Shown: positions 46,746 to 59,482 of the stretch, one piece after another | How positions within the stretch are numbered: the first letter of the stretch is position 1 | How the letters are laid out: the number at the start of each line of letters is the position of its first letter | Assembly (NCBI GenBank): GCA_964016885.1 | Contig: OZ024740.1 | Coordinates: 135,346,001 to 135,410,000 of the forward strand | Length of the DNA: 64,000 nt | Direction of reading: 5' to 3' | DNA from: Eledone cirrhosa | Taxonomy: Eukaryota | The notes under the pieces: generated by a model | What the model was told of the DNA's origin: nothing | The model's database searches: none | What the model saw: only the letters and a program-made list of their open reading frames with translations | Translations under genes and position numbers: made by a program

Positions 46746-46922
46746 ATTCCACTGCAAAGTAGTCGTGGAGGTGCCACGGCAAAAAAGCACCCAGCATTCA
46801 CTGTAAATGAGGTTGGTGTTAAGAAGGGCATCCAGCTGTAGAATCAAGCCAAAATCAGTTCCCGTCCCACACTTGCAAGCAGGGAAAAGCGGATATAAAA
46901 TGAAATGATGATGATGAAATGA
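46743..46922 (+). mobile_element. ~180-bp non-autonomous RTE-tailed element; second copy at 49411-49593 (minus), partial copy at 41395-41513
   Basis: Starts ATCATTCCACTGCAAAGT, has one ~48-bp module, GAAGGGCATCCAGCTGTAGAA, a CTTGCAAGCAGGG hairpin and a GAT/GAAAT tail. Confidence 0.8.
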
Positions 46923-49410
46923 TATATATATAAATATATGTGTGTGTGTACATACCCACACATAAATTTCTATATGCAGCTGTTACTGTGGCAAATTGCC
47001 TTCATCTGTCAACAGGCAATCACAAGGATTTCAGCACTTTCTCATGGTATTGCTCTGCTAGTAATGCCAAACAATATTGATGTTACCAGGGAATGTTCAG
47101 ATTCTTTTGGTCCACCTTTTAGTACAGATTTTCCCTCTGTCATCAATATAATTAATTTACCAGACATAACCATCCAATGATTATATTGTCTCTCTCTGCA
47201 GTTCACAAATCACCGCTCAACTATTTCTCTTAATATCTGCCATATAGGACATTGTGTATCTAGCTACAAACCCATGCCTCTTTGCTCTACTTAAAGCACT
47301 ATATTCTGTTATTCTCATGCTTTATACATCTACCTACATTCCTCATATTCTAAACACTTCCTTTCATGTACTCAGTCCATATTGCTTTTCAGGGCCACAT
47401 TTAACTTTACAGTTAATTTTTTTTATTTTGCAATGCCATAAGGCAAGATTGTTACTTCAGTATTTCAATATAGCTTGGTATCACAAATACTTTCTTTGAA
47501 TCCAGCTGTACCTTCTAGATATTGGTACGATTGAGAAGTTTGTGTTTTGGCTTACCTTTACTTATATTCTTATATTGTTTTTATTTTTCTTGACTCTCCT
47601 GTAGAAAACAATTGTGTGCATTTCAGTGTTGTTTTTCATCATATTGATGACGTGATTCTGTTTTTGTGCTCTAGCAAGGATATTTAAAACTTATGTCTCT
47701 AAAAGTATATTTTGTCAAGAATGAATTCTTGCCATTCTGCCAGAATATACTTTAGTGAAACATAGCTCCTACATCACAAATAGTTTTATTAATTCAGCCC
47801 TCTGTTTAAGGTTGGCCAAAGACAGCTTCTTTGTACACCAATCTCAGGAGGAATCACAACTTGGCTGGCATCATTCTTCACAACATCCTCAATGAGGGTT
47901 TTCTTTCCTAGCCCGTTTCCCCATGCTGCTTGTCTACATTAACTTCTTAACCTCACTGCTTTTGCTCTCTCTACTCATCTCCAATCTTAGAGTTTCTGTG
48001 GTCACGATATCTCCCCTATCAAGTTATTTTGATGGATATCCATTTGTCATTTATTTTTTTATCCATCTCAGTCTAACCCATTTTTCTTGCACTCTATTTC
48101 CTCTCGGTCAACATAACAGGCTGGGTTACATAAACAATAGGATTCACAGAATCCATTTGACAGCAAACTTTCGCTACTTTAAATTTTTCCAACAGCCATT
48201 TTAAAGGCAGCTGATGTTCTACAGTAGCATTAAACATGATGCTGATAAAATCACTTTCATAGGAATCTCACAAACAGAAGTCCTCTCCCCCCCACCTATC
48301 TTGTTAGTGGTATCTCATTTACTTAGAGTGACAAAATGTCATGTTGATAACACCATGCTTTAAACTTTTCTGCCAAACTGTAGTTGTCAATGTCAGTTAG
48401 ACCTGTTTCAACCTGGTCACAATCTCATCTGCCGTTCTTGACATCATTTGATAGCGCTGTGTAGATAAGCAAAACTCTTTCACTCAAAGACACACATAGA
48501 CAGATATATGTGTGAATGGTATGGTTTAAAAGCAGTTTGTATTGGATGTAAATTTTTTTAAATTTTCATTTGTCCTTCAAAATAATTAACCTTTTGAGAA
48601 ACAACTAAACATGTTGAATTTGCCCGAAAACATTTTTAGCCTTATTAGAGAGACAGGATGGGGTCCTGTTTGGCAACTTGAAATCACATTTTCAAATCAA
48701 TTTCCTCTTCATTCTCATCATCCATGATAAAACCAAGGTCGTATATCTTTCCATAAAGTAAAAAATTTAGTCATTACAGCAAGACTAAATATCACTTTTT
48801 TGTCTGTTTAATTCACTATAAAAATGTTTGTGAATGTTCTGTTTCACCTCCTCCTACATTTCAATTCTGCTACTTAGTCCAGTTTTCAATTTGTTTCAAT
48901 TTTTAGAACACTGTTTTCCATTCATTTACCACCAACTTTTGTTCACCCAGATCCTTCCTATTCATTCACTGTTTATTCATCGATTTTTTTAACTATTGTC
49001 TAATCAGTTTCGTCTTGTTTATCTCGCTTTTATATTTATTGTCCTTTTGTTATCTTGTTTTCACATTTATGACTGGGTATGAACCTCACACACACTCACA
49101 CGTACACACTCTGCTATTCCATTTTATGTTTGCACACCTATTCCAATTTCATCAGTACAGTGTTTGTGTCTTTGTTCTTCAGTTCATTTTAGCTGGAAAC
49201 ATCTTATTACTATACAGTGTAAAACATTATACAACCTATTCACCATAACTTTATACACAATTTTATTTTATTTTTTGAGACACAAAGATTGTTTTGTTAT
49301 TATAGGCAATTCTCCCACTCTCATCATCTTCACTATATCAGACTGGCATGTGTTATAATTATCCTAATAGCCTAGTTTCTACCAACCTAACTTTACATCA
49401 TCATGATAGA

Positions 49411-49593
49411 CATCATTTCATCATCATCATTTCATTTTACGTCTGCTTTTTCCCTGCTTGCAAGGGTGGGACGGGAACTGATTCTGGCTTGATTTCTACA
49501 GCTGGATGCCCTTCCTAACACCAACCTCATTTAGAGTGAGTGCTGGGTGCTTTTTTGCTGTGGCACCTTCACCACCACTTTGCAGTGGAATGA
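49411..49593 (-). mobile_element. Non-autonomous RTE-tailed element, adjacent to a tRNA/CORE SINE (49620-49760, minus)
   Basis: Reverse complement closely matches 46743-46922. Confidence 0.8.
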
Positions 49594-50419
49594 TATGGAC
49601 CCCAGTCCCTATTATCTCATTTCTACAGCTGAGTAAACTGGAGCAATGTGAAATAAAGTGTCTTGCTCAAGGAAATAACACATCACCCGGTCTCAGAATT
49701 GAACTCACAACCTTTCGATTGCAAGGCCAATGCTCTAACCACTAAGCCATGTGCCTCCACAGCACATATAATAGTATAGATTATATACTTTGACAGCAGA
49801 ATATAATAGTATAGATTATATACTTTGTACTTAAAACATAAAAATTTAAATGGAACAGATTCAACTGGTAATTAACTTTCTGTTCAATATTATTCACAAC
49901 AATGAAATTTTGTGGTTTTTCTGTTGCGTGAAGGCCCATGACATGTGGCAAGACACTTTATTGGAATAGGCTTGTTCAATCTTTGTTGACATGGTAAAAC
50001 GGAAGCAATGTGTATCACTTATAATATTGTGTGTGTTTGCGTATGTGTATGTGGGTAGTGAATTAGGTGAGCCATTAGAACATTGGATAGAATGCTTTGT
50101 GGTAGCTGTTTTACCTCTTTGCACCCTGACTTCAAATTCTGCCAGGGTCCCTTTATCTTTCATGCATTAAAGTACCAGTTCAGTACAGTTCTTCTATATC
50201 TCTTTCTTACTTTCTCTCCTTCTCTGGAAGAAATCAGTTGTGTTCAAACTGGGAAAGGAGATGGACTCCACCAGGATTAAAATGGCCCAGAAACACTCGC
50301 TGTATGTCACTATGGTGCCCCTACGACTCTATCAGAACTATATCACACTCGCACGTGTGTCTGTGTATATCATCATCATCATCTTCGATATATATATATA
50401 TATATATATATCAAAATAG

Positions 50420-50862
50420 GGACAAAGACAATTGGAAAAACAACGGAAAGACAGACAGTCCCTTCTCCTCAGTCAACCTCTGGATATCACTACGGTTTCA
50501 GTGCATTAAGGTTGATACTGATCATTCCAGTGTGCATTGAGACATAACATAACAAGTAGAGATAAATTTAGGTAAATTACACAAATATATAAAAAAAAGC
50601 ATTCCAAGTGTATCAACTGACAAAGAAGGGAGAAAACAGTGCACAAAGGAGAAAAAAGTATACAAAGGAGAAAAATAGTAAAACAGAAGATAATAATAAG
50701 GACTGTAGTCCAATGTGCAGACAAAGAAGAAGACACTGAGTCATAAAAAAATCCAACTATGATGCCTAGCGGTTTTGGCTTCTATTTGGTGAGCCTTTTC
50801 AAGGGTGTACTGGGGTATGGAGTGAATACAAGCAGAAACCACTAGGTGTCACAGTCGGATGT
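50420..50862. mobile_element. Probable Penelope-like remnant with a 41-bp inverted repeat and decayed hammerhead halves
   Basis: AAAAATCCAACTATGATGCCTAGCGGTTTTGGCTT pairs imperfectly with AAGCAGAAACCACTAGGTGTCACAGTCGGATGTTT; GAAAC..GTC and GAAACCGTA half motifs are present. Confidence 0.4.
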
Positions 50863-52915
50863 TTACCTTCCTTTATACCTACTTGACTTCTTCTCATACA
50901 TAGAGTACTCCTCTGATGTGGTCTCCCTTGTTTGGGCAGCACAGATTTTATGTATAAAGTCCACTCAAGCACTAACGTAGGTCAGGTAAGATTCAAAGTT
51001 TAACCCGCACCAGAAGACCTGTTCTTTTTCTGTCCCAGTTTACCACTCATAATGTCATATTTCATAGTATTAAAATCTTAGCTGCTATTTTATCACATTT
51101 ATATCTATAAAGTGGTAGTGCTGGTGCCATGATAAAATGCACCTGGTATATTCTGTAAGGTGGTCAGCATTAGGAAGAACATCCAACTGTAGAAACCATG
51201 CTAAATATGGAATTTATGAGCAACATGTGGTCTCTCAAACCTGTCTCAACTCTGACTGTGACAACCTATCCAACCCTGGCCAGCATGGAAAGAGGATGTA
51301 AAATGTTGATGATATATTATATATAGGTGATAGGCATGCAGCTGTAGAAAATCTACCTGCCAAAAGATCAGGAGGATTCTTCAGCTGTGTCAATGACATT
51401 ACAACCTCCCTAGTACTGTCATGATATAATGCACTCAATAGTGTGTGGGATCGAAATTAAGACTTACCAAAAAACAAAACAAAAAAAAACATGTAAACAT
51501 ACACACATATGTCTATGTGTGTATATCTTTGGCTGTCCTCTTGTTTTTTTTGTAATAGAATATTTTTCTTGTCCCCATAATAGTTGAAAAGTGGTGATAA
51601 TGCATTTTTCAATGCCGAGGAACTATTGTCATAATTATCTGGGTCTATTTATTATAATTTCTTGGTATAACAATTCAATCTAATTTGTTAAACTTTGACA
51701 CTTGGTATGTAAATCTTTTTGACATTTAAATAGCAATTTTCTTTTTTGTTAATTCATTTCTTCTTTCTCCTGTTACTCCTCCAAATCAAACACATTCAGA
51801 TTTTAAATATGGTGTTTGTTTCCATGTCTAAAGTTGTTAGAGCATGCAATAGAATATTTGTGGGGTTGATTATTAACTGTTCGGAACTCTCTCTCTCTCT
51901 CTCAGATATTAGCTATGGACAGATTTCAAAAGGAATGGGCTCCACTAGGTTTAGATTCTTAAATGATGGCATTCGTAATGCTCCATTGGTATTTATGGAG
52001 GCAGAGCAAGTGTATGTGGGTTTGTATTATCATTTTATGTTTGCTTTTGATGAAGTTGTTAAGTCTGTCAGCTATTAAGTCTGTCAGCTATTATTTGGTG
52101 TTACTGCCCTCATAAATGGGACAGAAGACCACATATTGCTTGTACATATATAGTGTCTGTCTACCCTGATTTTTCAATTACATTGGTGAGATAAATATAT
52201 ATAAAATAGCATAGATGTATGCTCCTCTCATGACTATTCTTATTTCACTATGTATATGGTATATATTTATGTGCAGCTAGTGGTAGTGCAGATTGCTCTA
52301 TTTTAAATGATTCAATGGTGTTTAGGTAGCACAGATTAGCAACCCATGTAGGACTGACATAGTTCATGAGAGATTTTATATATCATTTCTATATATTGCT
52401 TTCTTGACAAATGTTAAATGTTTGTGAGAAGATCAAAAGGATATGAACCAAATGCCTATAACAATAAGAAAATGACCACACTCAGAGTATTGATCAAACT
52501 GGGAATACATTTAACAGATATTCAATATCATTTTTACTGTTTATGTCAAGGTAGGAAGGATAGTGACCGTGACCCTTTTCAGGGCCATGAAGAGTGAAGA
52601 GAAGGGGGAGAATATCTTGAAACCGGGTGGAGTCCTAGCTCCAAAATTTGCAACTGAGTGGACTCTATCAAAATCACCAAAACCAAGGAGCCAGGTGGTG
52701 ATGTCAAACCAGGCAACAGATTATGTCTTCCACCCAAATTGGCAAGAGCTGGAACAAATGTTGCAAAGCATTTTTTCCAGTGCTCTAATAATTTTGCTAA
52801 CTCACCACCCTTGATTGGTACTTGATTTTATCAACCCCAAAAGGATGAAAAGCAACGTTGGCCTTGGTTGGATTTGAACTAAGAGCATGAATAAATACCA
52901 TTATTGCATATTGTC

Positions 52916-53104
52916 AAGGGTGGTGGATTGGCAGTATCGGTAGAGAGTCGGACGCCATGCTTTCCAGCATAGTTACGTCCCTTTACGATCTGAGTTCAAA
53001 TCCCGCCGAGGTTGACTTTGCCTTTCATCCTTACGGGGTCGATAAAATAAAGTACCAGTAATGCACTGGGTAATTTGCTGGCCTTGTGCCAAAAAGTAGA
53101 AACA
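52916..53104 (+). mobile_element. Full-length young tRNA-derived SINE with a 16-bp TSD, nested in an older antisense copy of the same family
   Basis: TSD ATTATTGCATATTGTC at 52900-52915 and 53105-53120; A box TGGCAGTATCGG, B box GAGTTCAAATCC. Confidence 0.92.
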
Positions 53105-53693
53105 ATTATTGCATATTGTCTTACACTCTAACAACTAATGAAACTGAATTTAAATGATAGCAAAAAGAAAAAGACAAAAAAACATATATAGTGTATTTGA
53201 GAGTATATTTGTTTGTATTATTGGATTCTGTTAATTTGTTAACGAATTATTGTTGTCATTAATGTGATTAATATACTCATCATCGTCTTTATATCCAATT
53301 TTCTATGCTTGCATTAATTTTTACCATTAATCTTTGCATTTCAGTAAAGAAAGTAGTAACATTCTCGATATGTGATCTTCTTCCATACATAAGTTGATCA
53401 ACTCTGCTTGGATAGACCAGTTGCTCTGAGGTAGCCAGTAAAAGAGCATCAGTATAATATTTTAATTTGCCCAACATAGCAACCAAACATCCTTCAACAA
53501 ATTTTCTAATAACATTAAAATGAGGTTCTGAATTAGGTCCTAAAATCTTAGGTTGAAAATAAGCATATATAATGGTGAAAATAATATGGAAATAACTCAG
53601 GCAAAACAAACACCACAAGGCATTTTGTTTGGAAGCAATGGTTTATTGGTTTTCTTGTTGAGGGTTATATCTTTCCCTAAACATTATATATAT

Positions 53694-54041
53694 TTAACCC
53701 TTTAGCTTTTACATTACTCTATATTTACTATTATATTTTCACGGTAAACACGTTATTTGACATACTTGCCTCACATAATATCGAATCTATGAGATTTTGA
53801 TATTATTTCCGTTCTGAGTTCAAATCCCGCCAAGGTTAACTTTGCCTTTCATCCTTACGGGGTCGATAAAATAAAGTAATGCACTGGGTAATTGCTGGCC
53901 TTGTGCCAAAAGTAGAAACAATTATTTATTTTGAAAACAATGCCTTAACATTAGTATGAGCAGCCAGTTATGGCCGGTTTGAACAGAAAGAGATGAGAGA
54001 ATTCTGGCTGGATTCGACTGGTTTAAATGCTAGAGGGTTAT
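53694..54041 (+). mobile_element. piggyBac-type MITE family A interrupted by a 5'-truncated SINE (~53809-53920)
   Basis: TTAA|CCCTTTAGC...GCTAGAGGG|TTAT; comparison with the empty copy at 17179 shows an ATTATTT duplication around the SINE. Confidence 0.85.
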
Positions 54042-54886
54042 GGAAATTTTGTTTAGTAAATTCCACTCATAAGGCATTGATCAATCCCAAGTTGCTACAC
54101 AGTGGGATTTAAACCAGAAGCATGTGGTTGCAAAATGAACTTCTTAACCTCATCACTATGGATGCACCCCTTACCCACACAACCATATGCATGGCCTGGG
54201 CCAAAACTGGCCATAACCTATCAAACCTATCAAAGTTAAAGTTACATCTTTTATATGTTGTTAAAAACAGGCTGTTGCTAGATATGTATAGATTTGTTGT
54301 TGAACTGATTTTTTTTTTTCTTCTTAAACATTCAAATAAGCAATGTAAGAAGAAAGCTATCTGTTTAAACAATACCCAGTTTCAGTATTAGATATTTTTG
54401 AAACCAAATCACTTTGAGACTTACTATTATTAATAAATACTTCTCTTCTTTGGATTCCTTGTGTTGTCATTAACCTTTAGCTTCTCAAAGTCAACTGTCA
54501 ATTAGTATAATTTACATTCCACTTGCCACAGCCAACAAAAGCAGACTTTAAAACTGTACTGTACTACTGTAGTTCACAGCATTTCCTTCAACTTCTCCTC
54601 CCTCAGATAGATATCTACAGAGATTCTGTTCCTATTGTTCTGAACTGCTATTTAAATGCCTGTCTTTGTTTGATTGTTGGTATGCATATACCTTTCCATG
54701 TATGTTATATTTGTGGCATGTTACTATTGGGGACAGTCTTATATCTTGGTTTATTTGAGTTAAATTGTGTTGGTGTACATGTGTGTGTATGTTTACTTTT
54801 ATTCGTTCGATATTATATGCTTGTCTAATTGTGCCCACAATGATTCAAATATCTTTTCTATGAATATTATCTACAATGACACAGGT

Positions 54887-57800
54887 TGTTGAAATAATTG
54901 AGTAGCGCTCTCTAGACAAAGGGAAGTAGCTAGAGTTACTTCCCGTAGAATTTCTAGAGCATTCCTTGAACTTCCATTCCAGGTATTATAAAAGAAAGAG
55001 AAAAGGGCAATCTCTCTTTTTGGCAACAGGCTCTCGAACTGACCAAACCGAGCACAAATATGTTAAGCTTTTTCTGATCCTATCTTGCATTTCAGGATAC
55101 ACTTCTATCATGTCACAAGGTACGTTTTGTTACCAAATTGTAATACACGCACTACAATAAATACAAATTGTTATTGATACTCGTTTTGAGATATTCGTCA
55201 TGCTTCAATTATTACTTCGAATTTAGAGAGATAATTCTAACCAAGAAAAAATTACATAAAAGTTCTTCTATATCTTCTTTCAAATTAAATTAGTGGTTGG
55301 CATGCAGTGGTATTTACTGGAGTAAATAACCCTATGACCAACCCACTAAAGTGGTGATCCGACAGTTGAACATAAAAATTTCTCCTGAAAATCATCTCTC
55401 TCACTTCTGTTTATCAGACCAAGTTTTTTTCTATGAGCATTCCTTGCTCAACTTCCACCGTGTCACAATTATGAGCAACAGATCGTTACCGGCGTATTCT
55501 GGCGATGTTAAATTGTGGTTTGCTCAGCTAGATTTGTATTTTGCTGCCAACGGAATACAGGCAGCACAGCAAAAACTACACGTGCTAATTAGTGGAATTC
55601 CCTCTTTGCTGGCAACTACAGTAAAGGACATCATAACAGACCCTCCACAAGGCGCCTCCTACGAGTCTCTGAAGACAGAGGTTCTGCGTAGGAACAGTAG
55701 GTCGTCTGAGAGCAGATTTTGTTCATTATTATTTTTGTGGCGTATCCGAGAACTCAGCAATGCTGCGCCCAAAGACAGTTCCTTCGTAAAGAAGTTATTC
55801 TTCTCCTGATTGTCAACCAATGTGCAAACCATATTGGCGAATATGGTTGACACCAGTTCTATAGAACAAATTGCTGCCTCTGCGGACAGGATTATGGAAT
55901 TTTCTAGGGGACCTACTTCGGCTGATTCGGTCATTGCTTCTTCTATTCTTAAAAAACAGCCTGCCTCACCTAGTGAGGAAGCCATGTTGAGAGCTATTGA
56001 CGGGTTAACACATCAAGTAGCTAAACTGTGTCGTGATCAAGCGCCACGAAGTCGGTCTTTTTCTTCTCATCGACATACCAATTCCCCAGCCAACAGTTCT
56101 TCTTTGATTTGGTACCATGCGCATTTCAGTGATAAGGCACATCATAGTATCAAGCCCTGCTCTTTTGAGGGCATCGGAAAACTAAGTTTGGAGAGTCTGG
56201 GCACGGCAGACCTCTCCCTTAACATTTCACCTTATCGTACTTTCTTCATCAGAGACCGAGTCTCGAACAAGTCATTCATGGTCGACACAGGATCAAGTTG
56301 CAGTATTTGGCCCTTACGGTTCAGCTCTACCAAGCCAACTTTTTCCGGCATTTCTTTGTATGCAGTGAACCAGTCTCCTATAAAAACCTATGGACAGATA
56401 TCTTTATCATTGGACCTAGCTTTGCGTCGAGATTTTAAATGGATTTTCGTCATTGCCGACCTACCTCATCCTATTCTCGGTGTGGATTTCTTACAGCACT
56501 ACTCACTTTTGGTAGATGTTAGGAAAGGAAACAGAAGCTTGTGGATAATACCACATCCTTATCTACGCCTACTCGTAAATCTACCGCTATTGCTGTCAGT
56601 TCGTCGTTTTTTTGTGGCTGCCGCTGGAAATCAGTTTCATGCACTCCTTACATTGTTTCCCGAGTTAACGGATATTTCATTTAAACCTACCCAGGCAGTC
56701 CACTCAACTCAACACTTCGTTACAACAACTGGTCCACCTGTTTTCTCTCGTCCACGAAGGTTGGCTCCAGATAGACTAAAAAAAGCCCGAGACGAGTTCG
56801 AGCACATGCTCCAGCTCGGTCTAATACGACCTTCCACCAGCCCATGGGCATCTCCACTGCACTTGGCTCGAAAGGGTGAGGTGGATTTTAGACCGGTAGG
56901 AGATTACCGAAGACTTAACGCTATCACCACACCTGATAGTTATCCTTTACCCAACTTACAGGATTTTTCATCCGTTCTTCATGGATGCACGATATTTTCC
57001 AAAATAGATCTAGTATGTGCATACCACCAGATACCCATGAATCCAGAGGATATACCAAAGACAGCCGTGACCTCCCCCTTTGGTTCATTTGGATTCCTGT
57101 CCATGACTTTTGGCTTGTGGAATGCCTCTAGCACGTTCCAACGTTTTATCGATGAAGTCATGCGTGGATTGGATTTCGTGTTTGCTTATGTGGATGACCT
57201 CCTAATAGCCAGCCACACAGCTGAACATCATCATCAACATGTATCTCAGTTATTTCAACGTCTTCAATCGTACCAGGTCAGAATCAACCCAGCTAAATGT
57301 GTGTTTGGTACAGCTTCACTGGAATTCCTAGGACATCGGATAGATTCAGAAGGCATTCGACTTCTGCCATCTAAGGTGGAAGCGATTCAGGATATCGCAC
57401 CCCCCACCTCATTGAAGCAGTTACGTCATTTCTTAGGATTAATCAACTTTTATTGTCGTTTCATCCCTAACTGTGCGGACAAGTAGTTTCCCTTGACACA
57501 GTTTTTAAAGGCTACGAAAAAGAAAGATGCTCCCATTTCACTTTCTGCCGATGCTTTGCAATCTTTTAAATCCGTCAAGTCCGAAATAGCTAAAGTTTCC
57601 TTTCTGGCTCATCCTTTTGCGAGCGCTAGGCTATCCTTAACTGTTGATGTGTCCGATCATGCTGTCAGAGCAGTCTTGCAACATACAATCAACCACCAAT
57701 TTCAACCACTGGCGTTTTTCTCACGCCAACTACAACCAGCAGAGCAACGTTACAGTACTTTTGACAGAGAGCTTTTAGCAGTTTATCTTGCTGTGAGACA

Positions 57801-57976
57801 CTTCCACCATCTTCTTGAAGGTCGGGAGTTCACGGTATTCACAGACCATAAACCACTCGCATTCGCTCTTCAATCCAAGTCCGACAGTTACTCTCCGAGG
57901 GCATACAGGCATTTGGATTTCATCACCCAGTACACCAGTGGCATTCGTCATATAGCTGGAGCTGCCAATATACCCG
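54887..57976 (+). mobile_element. Gypsy LTR retrotransposon: 5' LTR (~54887-55349), PBS, gag-PR-RT-RNase H; truncated before the integrase
   Basis: TG start, TATAAAAG (~54987), AATAAA (55156), PBS-like TGGTGATCCGAC (55352); gag LPAYSGDVKLWFAQLD, WYHAHF knuckle remnant, protease MVDTGS, RT FSKIDL..AYHQI / YVDD, RNase H YSTFDRELLA / FTDHKPL. Confidence 0.92.
55471..57976 (+). pseudogene. Gypsy gag-pol pseudogene
   Basis: In-frame stops at 55807-55809 and 57484-57486; ends abruptly at HIAGAANIP where ..ADALSR would be expected. Confidence 0.88.
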
Positions 57977-58094
57977 AGAAAAAAAAAGATATAGAACTTT
58001 TATGTAATTTTTCCTTGGTTAGAATTGTCTCTCTACATTCGAAGTAATAATTGAAGCATGACGAATATCTCAAAACGAGTATCAATAACAATTT

Positions 58095-59335
58095 AATAGG
58101 TTAAAACAATATTAAACATGTCAGAACATTGTCACTGTGTTTTACCTTGCTATTAGTCACCTGCAGTCAGTTATGCGCGGACTATTGTACAGTACTGACA
58201 CACTTTAAAAAACTTCTTTTTGAAACAATGGAAAATAGTTATTTTGAGATAAGATCGAATATCAAGTTTCTGGTGAAACTCAAATGGAAAGGGACACAGA
58301 TTATGGAGGCTTTAGTTAAAGTTTACGGTACTACTGCTCCAAAGAAAACTGCTGTCTACAAGTGGATACAGCGATTCAAACAAGGGAGAGACGACCTTGA
58401 AGACGACCATCGCAGTGGAAGACTAGGAACATCAAAAAATGACCAAACGTTGAGGCTGCTCAGACTTTTATTGAAGAAGATCGAAGAATAACAGTTAATC
58501 AGTTAGCTAAGTCCCTAGACATTTCATATGGTTCGGCAAATTCAATTCTGCACGATAATTTGGGACTAAGCAAGCTTTCAGTGCGATGGGTCCCAAAAGC
58601 GTTGCGCCCTGATCAGCTGATTCTTCAAAGTGATCTTCGGCGATCTTTGGCGATATTAAACAAAATTGAAGTTGATGAAGAGCATTTCCTGACCAGAATC
58701 ATCACCGGAGATGAAACCTGGATCTACCAGTATGATCCTGAATCCAAACAGCAGTCAAAACAGTGGCTTCCGCGTGGATCATCGGGGCCAATCAAGTTCA
58801 AATCTCAAAAGTCGGATAAAAAAGTGATGGCCACCATTTTCTGGGATTCAGATGGGGTGATACTAATAGATTATCTTGAAGGTCAAAGAACTGTGACAGG
58901 AGCTTACTATGCAAATGTTTTAAGGAAACTGAAAGAGGCAATAGTCAAGAAACGAAAAGGGAAACTTCATGGTGGGATCTTGTTTGACCATGACAATGCA
59001 CCAGCAAAAGAATTTCGATGGGAAGTGCTTCCTCACCCGCCTTATAGTCCAGATTTAGCCCTATCAGACTTTTTCCTCTTTCCAAAACTCAAAGAAATGC
59101 TAAAAGGAACCTGTTTTAGTGGTGTTGAAGAAGCTAAAAACACTGCCAACACATGGCTTCGAACAAGGCCTTCAACTTTCTTTAGAGACGGCTCTCGAAG
59201 CTGGAAGTATCGCCTTGTGAAGTGTATTGACCTGGATGGCAACTATGTAGAAAAATAAATTGAAGGTAAATCATATTTTTTGAAAAATAGAATATTTTCT
59301 GAAAAATTCCGCGAACTTTTTGATCCCCCCTCGTA
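58095..59335 (+). mobile_element. Mariner transposon (irritans subfamily, Hsmar2-like); transposase pseudogene 58228-59258; 3' TIR present, 5' TIR missing
   Basis: MENSYFEIRSNIKFLVKLKWK...VYKWIQRFKQG, WVPK, ITGDETW, HDNAPA, YSPDLA.SD; frameshift near 58440; 3' TIR TTCCGCGAACTTTTTGATCCCCCCTCG followed by TA. Confidence 0.93.
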
Positions 59336-59451
59336 CATATTACTAATTCTTGTTTTATTGACCAAAGTGAAGAGGAACTTCTATATACATACAAGCATTT
59401 GCAGATCAACACACATACACACACACACACAGATAAATGCACGTGCATGCA

Positions 59452-59482
<31 letters not shown>

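Noticed and set aside
51746-52078. 110-aa ORF with a CT-tract acceptor at 51904
   Set aside because: No similarity to amphiphysin or any recognised protein; the phase-0 reading after the acceptor stops after 18 codons.
52921-53010. tRNA gene
   Set aside because: A and B boxes are present, but spacing is extended, no cloverleaf forms, and it continues into a SINE body with TSDs.
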